DNA of 63,579 nt, counting the filler, from Octopus bimaculoides (lineage: Eukaryota), in NCBI RefSeq assembly GCF_001194135.2. It is 5 parts of 5 records of this genome, joined end to end, with 100 filler letters (N's around TTAATTAATTAA, not from the genome) between each part and the next. Parts side by side here need not be neighbours in the genome. Positions count along the whole stretch, not along the records: positions 1 to 27,566 come from NC_069006.1; 4 more parts are not named here. One strand, written 5' to 3'. The notes beneath the pieces were generated by a model. The model was not told where the DNA came from. It did no database searches and saw only the letters and a program-made list of their open reading frames with translations. A program made the translations under genes and the position numbers. Positions 1-11,914 of this stretch are shown one piece after another; position 1 is the first letter of the stretch; every line of letters starts with the position of its first letter.

Positions 1-4
1 TGTG

Positions 5-37
<33 letters not shown>

Positions 38-201
38 TGTCTGTGTGCGTTTCCTTAAATGTCAAAAGTGTTGTTCCTGTAAAAAAAACTGCTAACTTTT
101 CGTTGTTGGCTGTTATTAATAGGAAGGCGTCGAGTTTCAAAAATATCACCACACACACACGCGATCTATGTTCGTATGTATATTGTTTATATATACGTAC
201 G

Positions 202-265
<64 letters not shown>

Positions 266-563
266 TACCCATGGTAACCCCATAAACCGGCTCTACTTCT
301 TAGAGTGTGCTTCTTCTAAAAGCGATATATATATAGTATAGATATATATTTGTATATGCCTATATGACAATCTTGATAGCCGTAAGATTGCCGTCTATAT
401 ATATATACACACTCGTGCACATACAGACATATGCAATCAATATAGTATAACTGACAAACCAGGTCAGGACCAAATGACAACGGTCATCGACCGACCAACC
501 ACAATTTAAACTCAGGATTAAAAAATACCCCCGTCTTCCCCAAAAGAAACTCTGGTACTAGAG

Positions 564-831
564 GGTCCCGAAATATTGACTTAACGATACAAGGGGCCCG
601 ACAATATCTGTCTGTTGATCAATCGATCTGTAAATTCCTGAGTGTTTTTAATCTAGTTTAAAATTTTTTTTTTATTTTACAAATTTTATTATATTTATTC
701 ATCTTATTGTGATACATGATAGAAATAATTATAAAAGAATAGACAAAATATGTTCATTTTTATTGTATCGTTGTCAATATTTCTGGACCCATGCCGGGCC
801 CCTTGTATCGTTAAGTCAATAATTCAGGACC
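564..831. mobile_element. MITE-like element with ~37-bp TIRs
   Basis: Perfect 27-bp IR at 574-600 and 795-821, extending imperfectly to 564 and 831. Confidence 0.65.
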
Positions 832-1128
832 TACGAATTCCAGTTGTATCGAAACCTTTTCAAAATCAAATTGTTAGCCTAGAATTTCGTTCAGATGACT
901 ACTAAAGCCGTTTTTGTTGTTTATTTACCTGCTAATTTTCTAATTCTAATTCAGTATTAATTAAGCCAAACAGGTCAATATGTATATTTAAATATATATA
1001 TATTTAGTGTTTTTATAGTACTTCCATAATCTCGCTTTTGCTCTCATGCCATTTAACAAACACTTTGACATATGTGCAAGTACGCACGCACACACATATA
1101 CATACATACATCATCAAACATACATACG

Positions 1129-1167
<39 letters not shown>

Positions 1168-2061
1168 NNNNNNNNNNNNNNNNNNNNNNNNNNNNNNNNN
1201 NNNNNNNNNNNNNNNNNNNNNNNNNNNNNNNNNNNNNNNNNNNNNNNNNNNNNNNNNNNNNNNNNNNATCTGATTTAAAAGCATTTGGGTTGCTATTTCT
1301 AGCAGATAAAGCGACCGTGATAGGTGCAAGAGTTACCTCCCTTAGCTTTAAGTTTTACAATGGCATTTAGTGATTCTTTATCTTTTCCTGTCATTCGACT
1401 GCCGCTATGCTGGGGCACCGCCTTGAAGAATTTTAATCAAACAAATCGACACCAGTTCTTTTTATACCTGGCACATTTTTATTGTGTTTTTTTTTTTACC
1501 TAACCGCTAAGTTGTGCGAATGTAAACACAGCAACACCAGTTATCAAGCAGTGGTGGGGGAAAACACTAAATCGAGAATAAGTACTAGGCTTACAAAGAA
1601 TAAGTCCTGGGGTCGATTTGCTCGACTAAAGGCGGTGCTCCAGCATGGCCGCAGTCAAATGACTGAAACAAGTAAAAGAGTAAAGAGGGTGCTAATCATT
1701 CTGCCAGCTCACCACCTTACTACTGTGAAATGTGTGTATCCTTAACAAATATCTCTTACTCACATCTCCCCTCGTCATGCTTGACCTCACGATCGCCTTG
1801 AAACCCAACTTTCAGCATCCAGCAAATCTTTCTCATCCATTCCCAGATATTGATGAGGTTTATCCAGTTATCACTCTGTCCAAATTGGCAACTCTGTTGC
1901 AGGTGAAATAAACATCAGAGTTACTCAAAGGTTTTGTAAGTTCTTCCTCCGGTTCCATCGCAATATCAGAAACCTTTTCACATCATCAACAGTTTTCCTA
2001 TGGTCACAAGCATTTTACCCTTGGTCCCGTATGCTTGGCCTAACTTATGGCAGCAAATCAT

Positions 2062-2430
2062 CATCATCATTGTTTAACGTCCGCTTTCCATGCTAGCATG
2101 GGTTGGATGATTTGACTGAGGACTGGTGGACCAGATGGCGACACCAGGCTCCAATCTGATTTGGCAGGGTTTCTACAGCTGGATGCCCTTCCTAATGCCA
2201 ACCACTCAGAGAGTGTAGTGGGTGCTTTTACATGCCACCGGCATGAGGGCCAGTCACACGGTACTGGCAACGACCATGCTCAAAATGGTGTATTTTACGT
2301 GCCACCTTCACGGGAGTCAGTCCAGCGGCACTGGCAACGACCTCGCTCAAATGATTTTCTAACGTGCCACCAGCACAAGTGCCAGTTAGGCGAAGCTGGT
2401 AACGATTACGCTCTAATGGTGCTATTAATT
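2062..2430 (-). mobile_element. RTE LINE 3'UTR-only copy
   Basis: Reverse complement of the LINE 3'UTR, with a (CAT)n tail at ~2058-2070. Confidence 0.88.
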
Positions 2431-3227
2431 GATGGTATTAATTATAACATGAATATTATACAAGATTTAAGCTTCTTTTTTTGTCATCATGTGTTTGCTT
2501 TTTATGCTGGTATGGGTTGGATGAGTTATGGCATACTTAAATTAAATTAATGAACTGCTCAGTGATGCTATTAATTATAACACCATCTATCTTTTACCTT
2601 TTACTTGTATCAGTCATTGGGCCACCGTGAAGAATTTTTAATCAAATGAACTGACCCTGGTAGTTTTTCTTTAGCCTGGTATTTATTCTATTAATCTCTT
2701 TCACTGAACTGTGAAGGTACAGAAATGTAAACAAACTAATACTGTTTACATTATTTATATTTGACGGATATTTGTCCTCATCAAACACAGACACACACAC
2801 ACACACACACACAACAGGCTTCTTTCAGTTTCTGTCTACCAAATCCACTTCCACAAAGTTTTGGTTGATCTGAGGCTATAATAGATGACACTTGCCCATG
2901 GTGCCACACAGTGGGAGATGTTGGCAGGCAGACTTCTTACCACACATGTGGTATAAAAAATTGAAACCAATCTTTTATTTTTGCATGAATCTGTATCATC
3001 ATCATCATCATCATCATCATACATCTACTCCCCATACTGATATGATGCTGGACAACTGACCATGGTCCAAGTCAATTCCTATTCAGGGTTGCTGTCCTCC
3101 GAGACCGGCTGGAGGCTCATATACAGTAATCCCTTATCATATCATGGTTCACCTATCATGGTTTATTATTTAAGCTTACGTCGATTCCTCCATGGTGTTG
3201 TTTTGCATTTATAATAAAATAAATTAT

Positions 3228-3650
3228 CATCATCATCATCATCATTTAACGTCCGCTTTCCATGCTAGCATGGGTTGGACAATTTGACTGAGGACTGGCG
3301 AACCAGATGGCTACGCCAGACTCCACTCTGATTTGGCAGAGTTTCTACAGCTGGATGCCCTTCCTAACGCCAACCACTCCGAGAGTGTAGTGAGTGCTTT
3401 TACGTGCCACTGGCATGAAGGCCAGTCAGGCGGTACTGGCAACGGCTATGCTCAAAATGGTGTATTTTACGTGCCACCTGCGCAGGAACCAGTCCAGCGG
3501 CACTGGCAACGATCTCGCTCGAATGTCTTTTCATGTGCCACCGGCACAAGGGCCAGGAACGCGACGCTGGTAACGATCACACTCAAATGGTGCTATTTAC
3601 GTGCCACTGGCACGGAAGCCAGACAGCTGCTCTGGCAATGATCATGCCCG
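3228..3650 (-). mobile_element. RTE LINE 3'UTR-only copy
   Basis: Reverse complement of the LINE 3'UTR with a (CAT)n tail. Confidence 0.88.
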
Positions 3651-5978
3651 AAAATAACAAAAAAAATATACAGTACAGTACTGTTTCTACTTTGCGGATT
3701 TACACCTATCTCGGGGGTTTTTGGAATGTAACACCCGCAACAGTCGAGGGATTTCACTGAATTTCACTTTTAGCTTGGTTTCTGTATCTCTATGCCCTAC
3801 TTAACACCAACTACTTTACAGAGTGTCCTGGTTACATTTTATCATGGCACCAGTACTAGAGAGGTGGTCTTGTCCTTTGTAATGATAGAGGGAGAACAAG
3901 TATCTCTAGACAGACTTAGAGGCTCTTCTTGATCTTAGTCCCTGCTTCTTTACCGAACACTTTACAAAGTGCACTGGGTGTATTTTATTGAGACACCAGC
4001 TCCAGTGAAGTTGTTGTACATGTTTTGCCAAGCTAGCGTAGGTCGTCAGATGAATATGTTGACAAAGGACCGAAATATCTGGTGCCTTGCCGTACTCCAG
4101 AAGACACGTCTGCAACTGCAGAATTGATACCAGTGCTTTGATACTGGTGTTGGTGCCACATGAAAAGCACCCAGTACACTCTGTGGAGTGGTTGGCATTA
4201 GGAAGGGCATCTGGCTGTAGAAACTATGCCAGAAAAGGCAATGGAGCCTGGTGCATGCCCCAGCCTTACCAATTCTGGCCAAACCATCCAACCCATGCCA
4301 GCATGGAAAACAGATGTTAAATGATGATGATGATGATGATGCCCTTCTTGATGTTAATTAGCCATTACCTGTTTTCCAAGTGAGGGATCTCTTAGTCTAC
4401 ATGGCTTTGAAGGCATGAAGCAGGCAGGTGGTTTATGGAGGGGAGAAATGCCAACGAGAATGCTATGAATAATGTGAAGGCATTTGCCTCCATCTATCTT
4501 CTACACTTAATTCTTTCCCAACCTCCTCCTCCTCCTCCTCATCATCATCATCAATGTAAGCACTTTACTCCATTTATTGCTACCACTTGGACTCATGTTG
4601 ATGGATCCAGCCCTCCTCCTCCTCCTGACTTTGCCACTCATCTTCATGTTTGTTGTTACCACATCATCATCGTTTAATGTTCGCCTTCCATGCTGTCATG
4701 GGTGGGGCGGTTTCACAAGAGCCGGCCAAGCAGAAGCCTGCTCCAGGCTTCTGTAACTGTTTTGGCAGGATTTTTACAGCTGAATGCCCTTCCTTACACC
4801 AAACCAGTCAGCAGAGTGATCCAACACGTGTCGCCGTGTAATTAAAAACTTGGGTTCCCAACCTAACTCCAATGCACTCTGTAAAGTGTTCAGTAAATAA
4901 GCCAAGACTAGGATCAAGAAACCCCTTCCGTCTGTCTAGAGATACGCCTCTTCTTATTACTAGCAGCAAAACCACCTCTCAGGTACCCAGGACATTCTGT
5001 AAAGTGATTGGTGTTAGGTAAGATGTCCAGCTACAGAAACCCTCTGCACCTTGGGCAGGTGTCTTCTACTATAGCCCAAAGCCAATAAATGCTTTGTGAG
5101 TGGATTTGGTAGGCAGAAACCGAGAGAAGCTTGTCACACACATACACCCCCCCCACACACACACACAGAAGGAGTGAGGGTATGTTTGGGTCTCCTTGTC
5201 TTGACATCACGTGGGAGTTGTAAATGAGCCTCAATGTCATACAAGCAGTGTCGTGCCTTTCCAATATTCTGTGAAACCATGTCTGGCCATGGGGAAATAT
5301 TCTTTTCTACTCTAGGCACAAGGCCTGAAATTTTTTGGGAGGGGCTAGTCGATTAGATCGATCCCAGTATGCAACTGGTACTTAATTTATCAACCCCACG
5401 AAAGGATGAAAGACAAAGTCGACCTCGGCAGAATTTGAACTCAGAGCATAAAGACAGATGAAATACCGCTAAGCATTTCGCCCAGCGTGCTAACGTTTCT
5501 TAATTTTTTTATTGTCCATAAGGACATACAAAGAAGGGACAACACAATGAAATCGAATGATTTTACAAGAAATGCGATTGGGGTCCTTTTAAAAGTTCTA
5601 AAAAAATATATAATACTGATGATGATAGGACACAATAAGACATAACAGATGGAGTGGAGGCGGGATTATGACGGACCCCACAAACCCCGCATTACCACTG
5701 ACCTGGGTTTTTAAACCATATCGCATTCACGCGGAGCCTTTCATGCCCAACATTCGTGCGACATTGTTCCATCTTTTTCCAAACATGTCTTCACTCAAAC
5801 ATCTCGCCAGCCCTATTTGCTAATGTTTCTGCCAGCTCACCGCCTTGGCCCTGGGGAAATATTACCTTGCTTGGAAACAGGTGAGGGTTGGTGACAGGAA
5901 GAGGTATCCAGCTGCAGGAAGAGGTATTCTCAATAAATTCCACCTGACCCATAGAAAATATAGAAAATTGGATGTTAG

Positions 5979-6193
5979 CCCATTAAGTCCGAGAGTACTT
6001 AAATTTCTGAATATTACTTCAAAATTTTTACAGATGATTGAAAACAGGTTAAAATGAAAAAATAATTATTAAAACTCCTTTACTTCAAGTAGAAATGGAA
6101 ATACTCGGTGTCCGATAAATAGGACACTGAGACAATGTGATATAGCTTATTTAATGTTCTCATTTAGTGTCCTATTTATAGGGACTTAATGGG
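5979..6193. mobile_element. piggyBac-like MITE just upstream of the first observed XRN1 exon
   Basis: CCCATTAAGTCC ... GGACTTAATGGG with TTAG/TTAA flanks. Confidence 0.7.
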
Positions 6194-6249
6194 TTAAATG
6201 ATGATGATGATGATGACGAGTGCCTTATTTCCTTCTTCTTCCCTTTCAG

Positions 6250-6381
6250 ATTCCAGTGTTTGATAACTTATATTTGGACATGAATGGCATCATCCATCTT
6301 TGTTCCCATCCGGAAGATGATAATCCACATTTCAGAATTACAGAGGAGGACATTTTTATTCATATTTTTCAGTACATAGAA
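6250..6381 (+). CDS. XRN1: 5'-3' exoribonuclease 1, first observed coding exon (probably exon 2): IPVFDNLYLDMNGIIHLCSHPEDDNPHFRITEEDIFIHIFQYIE
   Basis: Acceptor tttcag at 6244-6249 and donor GTAAGT at 6382. 132 nt, phase 0/0. Contains the DNLYLDMNGIIH motif of the XRN family; the HP.DD..HFRI segment is XRN1-type, not XRN2-type. Confidence 0.96.
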
Positions 6382-7150
6382 GTAAGTTGCTTCTTTTGTA
6401 AGTGCACACACGCATGCACGCGCACACACACACACACCAAGCACTCACACATGCATGCACCAGCAGGTGAGAAGAAGAGCACCCATCCACAGAATTCTCT
6501 CTCAAATAATTCCTTGTCTGACCCATGATGCTAACATAGAAAAAAAGAACATTAATTAAATGACTGAATGAATAGATATATGTGTGTGTGTGGGTAACTA
6601 CTTGGATTTTGGATATCTGTCTATTAGTATGTTCATTAAAGCACATTCATTGTTTGGGCTACCTTATGCCATCCACATTAACGATATAATTACCACTGGG
6701 TCTACACTAGCGAACCGGCAGTATTTGCTGAGTTTATAATTGATGAGGGAAACGGAAGATGGATTTAGTACAAATCTTTATCCAAAGAAAGATTTGCACT
6801 AAATCTTTTCCTGATCTCCTCATCAATTATATATATATATATATATATNNNNNNNNNNNNNNNNNNNNNNNNNNNNNNNNNNNNNNNNNNNNNNNNNNNN
6901 NNNNNNNNNNNNNNNNNNNNNNNNNNNNNNNNNNNNNNNNNNNNNNNNNNNNNNNNNNNNNNNNNNNNNNNNNNNNNNNNNNNNNNNNNNNNNNNNNNNN
7001 NNNNNNNNNNNNNNNNNNNNNNNNNNNNNNNNNNNNNNNNNNNNNNNNNNNNNNNNNNNNNNNNNNNNNNNNNNNNNNNNNNNNNNNNNNNNNNNNNNNN
7101 NNNNNNNNNNNNNNNNNNNNNNNNNNNNNNNNNNNNNNNNNNNNNNNNNN

Positions 7151-7181
<31 letters not shown>

Positions 7182-7870
7182 GCACACACACACAGGGAGT
7201 CATCCTTTAGGTGCTTTACTTCAGTGAACTGGTGAATAAACAAGACATACATTATGTGCAGTCAATAATGTTCACAACACTAGTGCTGCTTTTAATTCAT
7301 TACTGAATTTAATCTTATATTTGGCCGTGGCATACCAGCAAATAGTTTTCACACTATTTATATGAAGTCATAGACTGGCAATTCAGTTTGTCTATGGTTT
7401 GGTTCGCGTACACAATGCTGATAAGCTCCAAAAAGGGTGAGATATCAGTATCTATTACTCCTGAATGGGATCTAAGGTGAGTTGTCTCACCTGTCTATGG
7501 CTTTCAAGTATTTTAGCACCTACTGCAATGAGAGTGCTTTACTGCAGTGAACCGGCAAACCAAAAAATCACATATATTGTGCTCTTATATGTAAGTGAGA
7601 CATGGACTACTCTGAAGAGGGCACAAGGGGCTATGGGGAGATCCTTGCTAGGAATCTCATTTGTGAGAGCATATATGAAATGAGGTAACTTGAGAACAGA
7701 GAGTAGAGTGAACAGCATGATTGCAGCATACCGAAAGCATGAGTTTCTGTTGGGCTGGACATGTTGCAAGGGTCATAGAAAACAGGTGATCCATGCAGTT
7801 GCTGAGTGGTATCCAAGAGATGAGAAAAGGGCCACTCAGAAAGCCACCACAATGATGGGAAGATGATTTA

Positions 7871-8031
7871 CTGTATTTTAATGTGTATAAGGAACTCCCT
7901 AATTTCTTGGGTTTAAAATTTGGAAAAAGGTTTTGTAAGGGATTATAATACTATCCTTGTATAAGAAACTCCCATATTTTTTAACTCTAATTTTTGACAA
8001 AAAAGGGTTCCCTATACATGTTAAAATACAG
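7871..8031. mobile_element. Tc1/pogo-type MITE with TA TSD (same family as 12056-12229, opposite orientation)
   Basis: TA|CTGTATTTTAATGTGTATAAGGAAC ... GTTCCCTATACATGTTAAAATACAG|TA. Confidence 0.78.
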
Positions 8032-8405
8032 TACTTAAATGATTTGGGCCAAAATGGAAAAGAACGGCACATTCAAGTAAGAATTGGAAATCCATTGTGA
8101 CTGATAGTTGGGTCAGTACAGTGATATTATACTAATAAAATATATATGGTATTTTATGCTTTATAAAACATACACTCATTTCATCTAATTACTGCCAGGA
8201 TTATGCAACTGCTTGTTGAAACATCTTATTGAAACACCTCTTCAGTTTCGAGCAAAAAAAAAAAAAACCTAGGTTGGTGTTAACTGGGAGAGGTAGTGTG
8301 TTTCCTGTTCTCATCTGCATGCCCGCTCTTGTTCACATACACACACACACACCCTCTCAGATTAGTCTTTTGTGATATTTATCTTTGTTTGTTTGTTTGT
8401 TCCAG

Positions 8406-8506
8406 TTTTTATTCCAAATGATTAAACCATGTAAAGTCTTCTTTATGGCCATTGATGGAGTTGCTCCTCGAGCAAAGATGAACCAACAAAGAGGGAGACG
8501 ATTTAG
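8406..8506 (+). CDS. XRN1: XRN1 exon: [33 protein letters not shown](R)
   Basis: Acceptor tccag, donor GTGAGT at 8507. 101 nt, phase 0/2. Contains [13 protein letters not shown] (catalytic Asp plus the basic 5'-phosphate pocket). QRGRRF is XRN1-type. Confidence 0.97.
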
Positions 8507-9140
8507 GTGAGTTCCTGCATTGACAGCAACATTTGACACAAAACAACAATCACCAACAACAAAAAGAAAAAAAAACAATGTAATGACGGGGATGTGAGTT
8601 TGAGTCCACAGCTGGCCACCTACACTTTTCTCTGCAAAATAGGGATAGTTTATCCTGTTCAGGCTATATTATTAGCATTATTCTGTGATTGAGAATTTAA
8701 ACATCACTTCTGTAACTTTCTATTAAAAAGACATCTCAACGCTTCTAAAAGCAAGCTTCGCTTGTTTATTTACGTTTGTCGTAATTTGAATTTAAAAAAA
8801 AACAACTTTAAGAACTTTATTTTATGTAAGAGAAAGAAAAAAAATGAAAGATGAAATATGGATGTTCTTCAACTTAATCAGACATAGGAGTGATTCTCTC
8901 CTCTGAATTTTAAACCAACCACCTCTACAACTCTCACCTTTAATATTACATAATTACAAAATATTATACTATATACAGATGCAGGTGTTGCAGTATGGCT
9001 AAGGAGTTTGCTTCTCAACCACATGGTTATGGGTTCAGTCCCACCATGTGGAATCTTGGGCAAGTGTCTTCTACTATTGTCCCGGACCACCCAAAGCATT
9101 GTGAGTGGATTTGGTAGATGGAAACTGAAAGAAGCCTGTT

Positions 9141-9177
<37 letters not shown>

Positions 9178-9254
9178 TGGGCTCTGTACTTTCAAAGACC
9201 TTTGGAATAAAACAATCCCTTACTTGAATAACTGTTAAGGGTTATAGAGTTCTG

Positions 9255-9620
9255 TATTTAAGAGATGAGGAATTATATACATTTGACGGATATTTGTTCT
9301 CATCTTGTTTGTTGTTAACACAACGTTTCAGCTGATATACCTTTTGGGAAGGATAGGAAAATATTAGATTTATAAGCCCTAAAATTTATTCCATAATTGC
9401 CCATGGGCATATGGCATAGTGGTTAAAAGCGCGGGCTACTAATTCCAAGATTCCGAGTTCGATTCCAGGCAGTGACCTGAATAATAATAATAATAATATC
9501 GAAAAATACCTTAGAAATAAGAACCCAGGTTCTGATGAAGGCTGGAGGATATATCAGCCGAAATGTTGTGTTAACAACAAACAAGATGGGGACAAATATC
9601 CATAAATAATGTAAATAATG
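9255..9620 (+). mobile_element. Penelope-like solo pseudo-LTR with an inverted partial copy (9255-9341 minus; 9346-9620 plus)
   Basis: Same family as 10545-11490. It starts with the last codons of the EN ORF (GKDRKILDL). Confidence 0.85.
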
Positions 9621-9815
9621 TTATGGGTTATGTTCTTTATGGTTGTTTATAGATTTGTCTATGTGTACCTTTGTCATTGTAGAAAAGAATATGCTGGTGC
9701 ATATGTGTTTTTGTATGTATGTTTATGTTTATGTATGCATGTGTGTGTATATTTGTATGTGTGTGCATTTGTATTGCCATTTTTTCCACCATTCTTCCTT
9801 CGTTTCAATTCCCAG

Positions 9816-9913
9816 GTCTGCCCGTGAAGCTGAAAATTTGATAAACCAAGCTAAAGATCGTGGTGAAGTGTTGCCAACAGAAAAACGATTCGATTCAAAT
9901 TGTATTACACCAG
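9816..9913 (+). CDS. XRN1: XRN1 exon: (R)SAREAENLINQAKDRGEVLPTEKRFDSNCITP(G)
   Basis: Acceptor cccag, donor GTTCGT at 9914. 98 nt, phase 2/1. Contains FDSNCITPG; frame is continuous with both neighbours. Confidence 0.96.
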
Positions 9914-11225
9914 GTTCGTTGAATTTTTTATCACCGTCTTTCTTTTCTGTCTGGGAGATGGAGATGGTATAGAAGTCTATCGGGTGGGGTATAAAAACTG
10001 TAATTAAAAAGACACAGCCATTCCACACACTGATTCCACCTGAGAATTACATTAAGGGTACATGTGACTGTAAAATACTCAACCATTTAGATGTTAATTC
10101 AGGAGCAGGTAATTCAGTTGAGATCAAACAATTGAATCTTTATCTTTGAATGATGGAGAACCAAAGATCCACTGTATGTCACTGTGGAATGAGACATTTG
10201 AATGCAGCTGTTTGGCACGGCTGACTGGACATTCAATCTGTTTTGGTGACAGTACTTTTTGGGTGGTGTTGGAGACAAAACACACACACACACACACACA
10301 CATGCATGCATATCTAGACATATACACCTACAGAGAGAGGTGAAGAGAGGGAGAGAGACAGCAACATTGTAATTTATTAATTTTTATTTATTTATTAATT
10401 GAACCTGATTAACCTAAACACTTTCCCCTCCTTGTATATGTAAAAAGAAATATGCTCACACACAGAAACAGAGAGAGAATGAAGGGAGAGATGGAGAGAG
10501 AGAGAGAGAATGCGATAAACATTAAAACGCCTGTACATTATGTACATTATTTACATTTGACGGATATTTGTCCTCATCTTGTTTGTTGTTAACACAACAT
10601 TTCAGCTGATATACCCTCCAGCCTTCTTCAGGTGTCTTGGGGAAATTTCAAACCTGGGTTCTCATTCCTAAGGTATTTTTCAATATTATTATTATTATTA
10701 TTGTTATTGTTCAGGTCACTGCTTGGAATCGAACTCGGAATCTTGGGGTTAGTAGCCTGCGCTCTTAACCACTACGTCATATGTCTGTGGGCAATTATGG
10801 AGTGAATTTTAGGGCTTATAAATCTAATATTTTCCTATCCTTCCTTAATACCGGTTCCCATATGCTGTTCATATCTGCACTCGGTCTGCTTAGGAGGTTG
10901 TTGTGTCCTAGCATATGTGCTGCTTCTGTTAGTTTTCGTATTTTCCAGTGGTGTTCTCTGTCTATTATTTTAACTTCATCCCACAGGGGGAGGTGGTCTC
11001 CATTTTTCCATACATGATCAGCTATACCTGATTTATCAATATCTCCTTGTGTCACAGCTTTGTGATGTTCATGTACCCTTATTTTGAGGGGGTGGCATGT
11101 TTCGCCTTTGTACAACCTACCACAGCTGCATGGGATATAGTACACTCAGTCTTTGGTCATATTCTCTTCTATTGGTGGTTTTACTCAAAGGAAATATTTG
11201 CGAAGTGTTGTATTACTCTTGAATA

Positions 11226-11279
11226 TGGCATAGTGGTTAAGACCGTGGGCTACTAACCCCCAAATTCTGAGTTCGATTC
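11226..11279 (+). promoter_or_regulatory. tRNA-like internal Pol III promoter (A box TGGCATAGTGG, B box GAGTTCGATTC) inside a Penelope pseudo-LTR
   Basis: A and B boxes have tRNA-like spacing and a CTACTAA anticodon-like loop. Repeated at 9412-9465 (+) and ~10725-10781 (-). Confidence 0.65.
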
Positions 11280-11360
11280 CAAGCAATGACCTGAACAATA
11301 ATAATAATAATATCGAAAAATACCTTAAGAATGAGGACCCAGGTTCGAAATTTCCCCAAC

Positions 11361-11405
11361 ACACCTGATGAAGGCTGGAGAGTGTATCAGCTGAAATGTT
11401 GTGTT
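11361..11405 (+). ncRNA. Minimal type I hammerhead ribozyme-like motif in a Penelope pseudo-LTR (slightly decayed)
   Basis: Reads ACAC-CTGATGA-A-GGCTG(10 nt loop)CAGCT-GAAA-T-GT-T-GTGT. Helix I is ACAC/GTGT and helix II is GGCTG/CAGC(C/T). Sibling copies: 9532-9572 (+), 10591-10636 (-), and a half copy at 9317-9340 (-) that keeps GAAACGTT. Confidence 0.7.
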
Positions 11406-11914
11406 AACAACAAACAAGATGAGGACAAATATCTATTGAATTTAAATAATGTACATAATTCCTCATCTCTTAAATATAGAACTGTATTAAAACACCTGAT
11501 GTCAAATAAGTTGGTCTCAAACCGTCAATGCCAAACAGGGGTTGCCAAGATGGCCGTGTCTAAATATCTTACACCCATGTGTCACTGTATATGTTTGAAC
11601 TTTATAATGATCTGAGAGAAAACATTGTCTGCATGTGTGCAACATTACTATGTTGCAGTGATTGTCTGGGTAAAACTACTGTATTATTCAGTGCTAAAGT
11701 GTTGGTGCTACATACAAGAACCCAGCACCCAGCACACTCTAAAGTGGAAGGGCATCCGGTTGTAGAAAATAGGCCAAATCAGACTGGAACCTGGTGCAGT
11801 TCTCCTACTGGCCAGCTCTGGTTAAACCGTCCAACCCATGCCAGCATGGACAATGGGTTTTGAAGTATGATGATGATAAAGCTACGTTCTCACAATTGTC
11901 AAGTTAGTGTTTAA

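Larger units (their letters stand above)
10545..11490 (-). mobile_element. Penelope-like element: GIY-YIG endonuclease end (10816-~11220, minus) + pseudo-LTR (10545-10815, minus) + inverted pseudo-LTR (11221-11490, plus)
   Basis: The ORF YYIPCSCGRLYKGET...RVHEH...ADHVW...E is a GIY-YIG domain. It is flanked by two opposed copies of a ~250-bp terminal repeat, the typical Penelope inversion structure. Confidence 0.9.

Noticed and set aside
1346-1370. KFYNGI as a candidate for the missing XRN1 first exon (MGVPKFYRW)
   Set aside because: Only three residues match. There is no MGVP, no RW...RYP and no suitable donor.
9405-9480. tRNA-like and SINE-head sequences (also 15541, 16726, 21464) as real tRNA genes
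   Set aside because: The acceptor and T stems do not pair, and each continues into a multi-copy repeat body.
9914-9920. GTTCGT donors as U12-type introns
   Set aside because: They do not match GTATCCT, and the acceptors have ordinary pyrimidine tracts.
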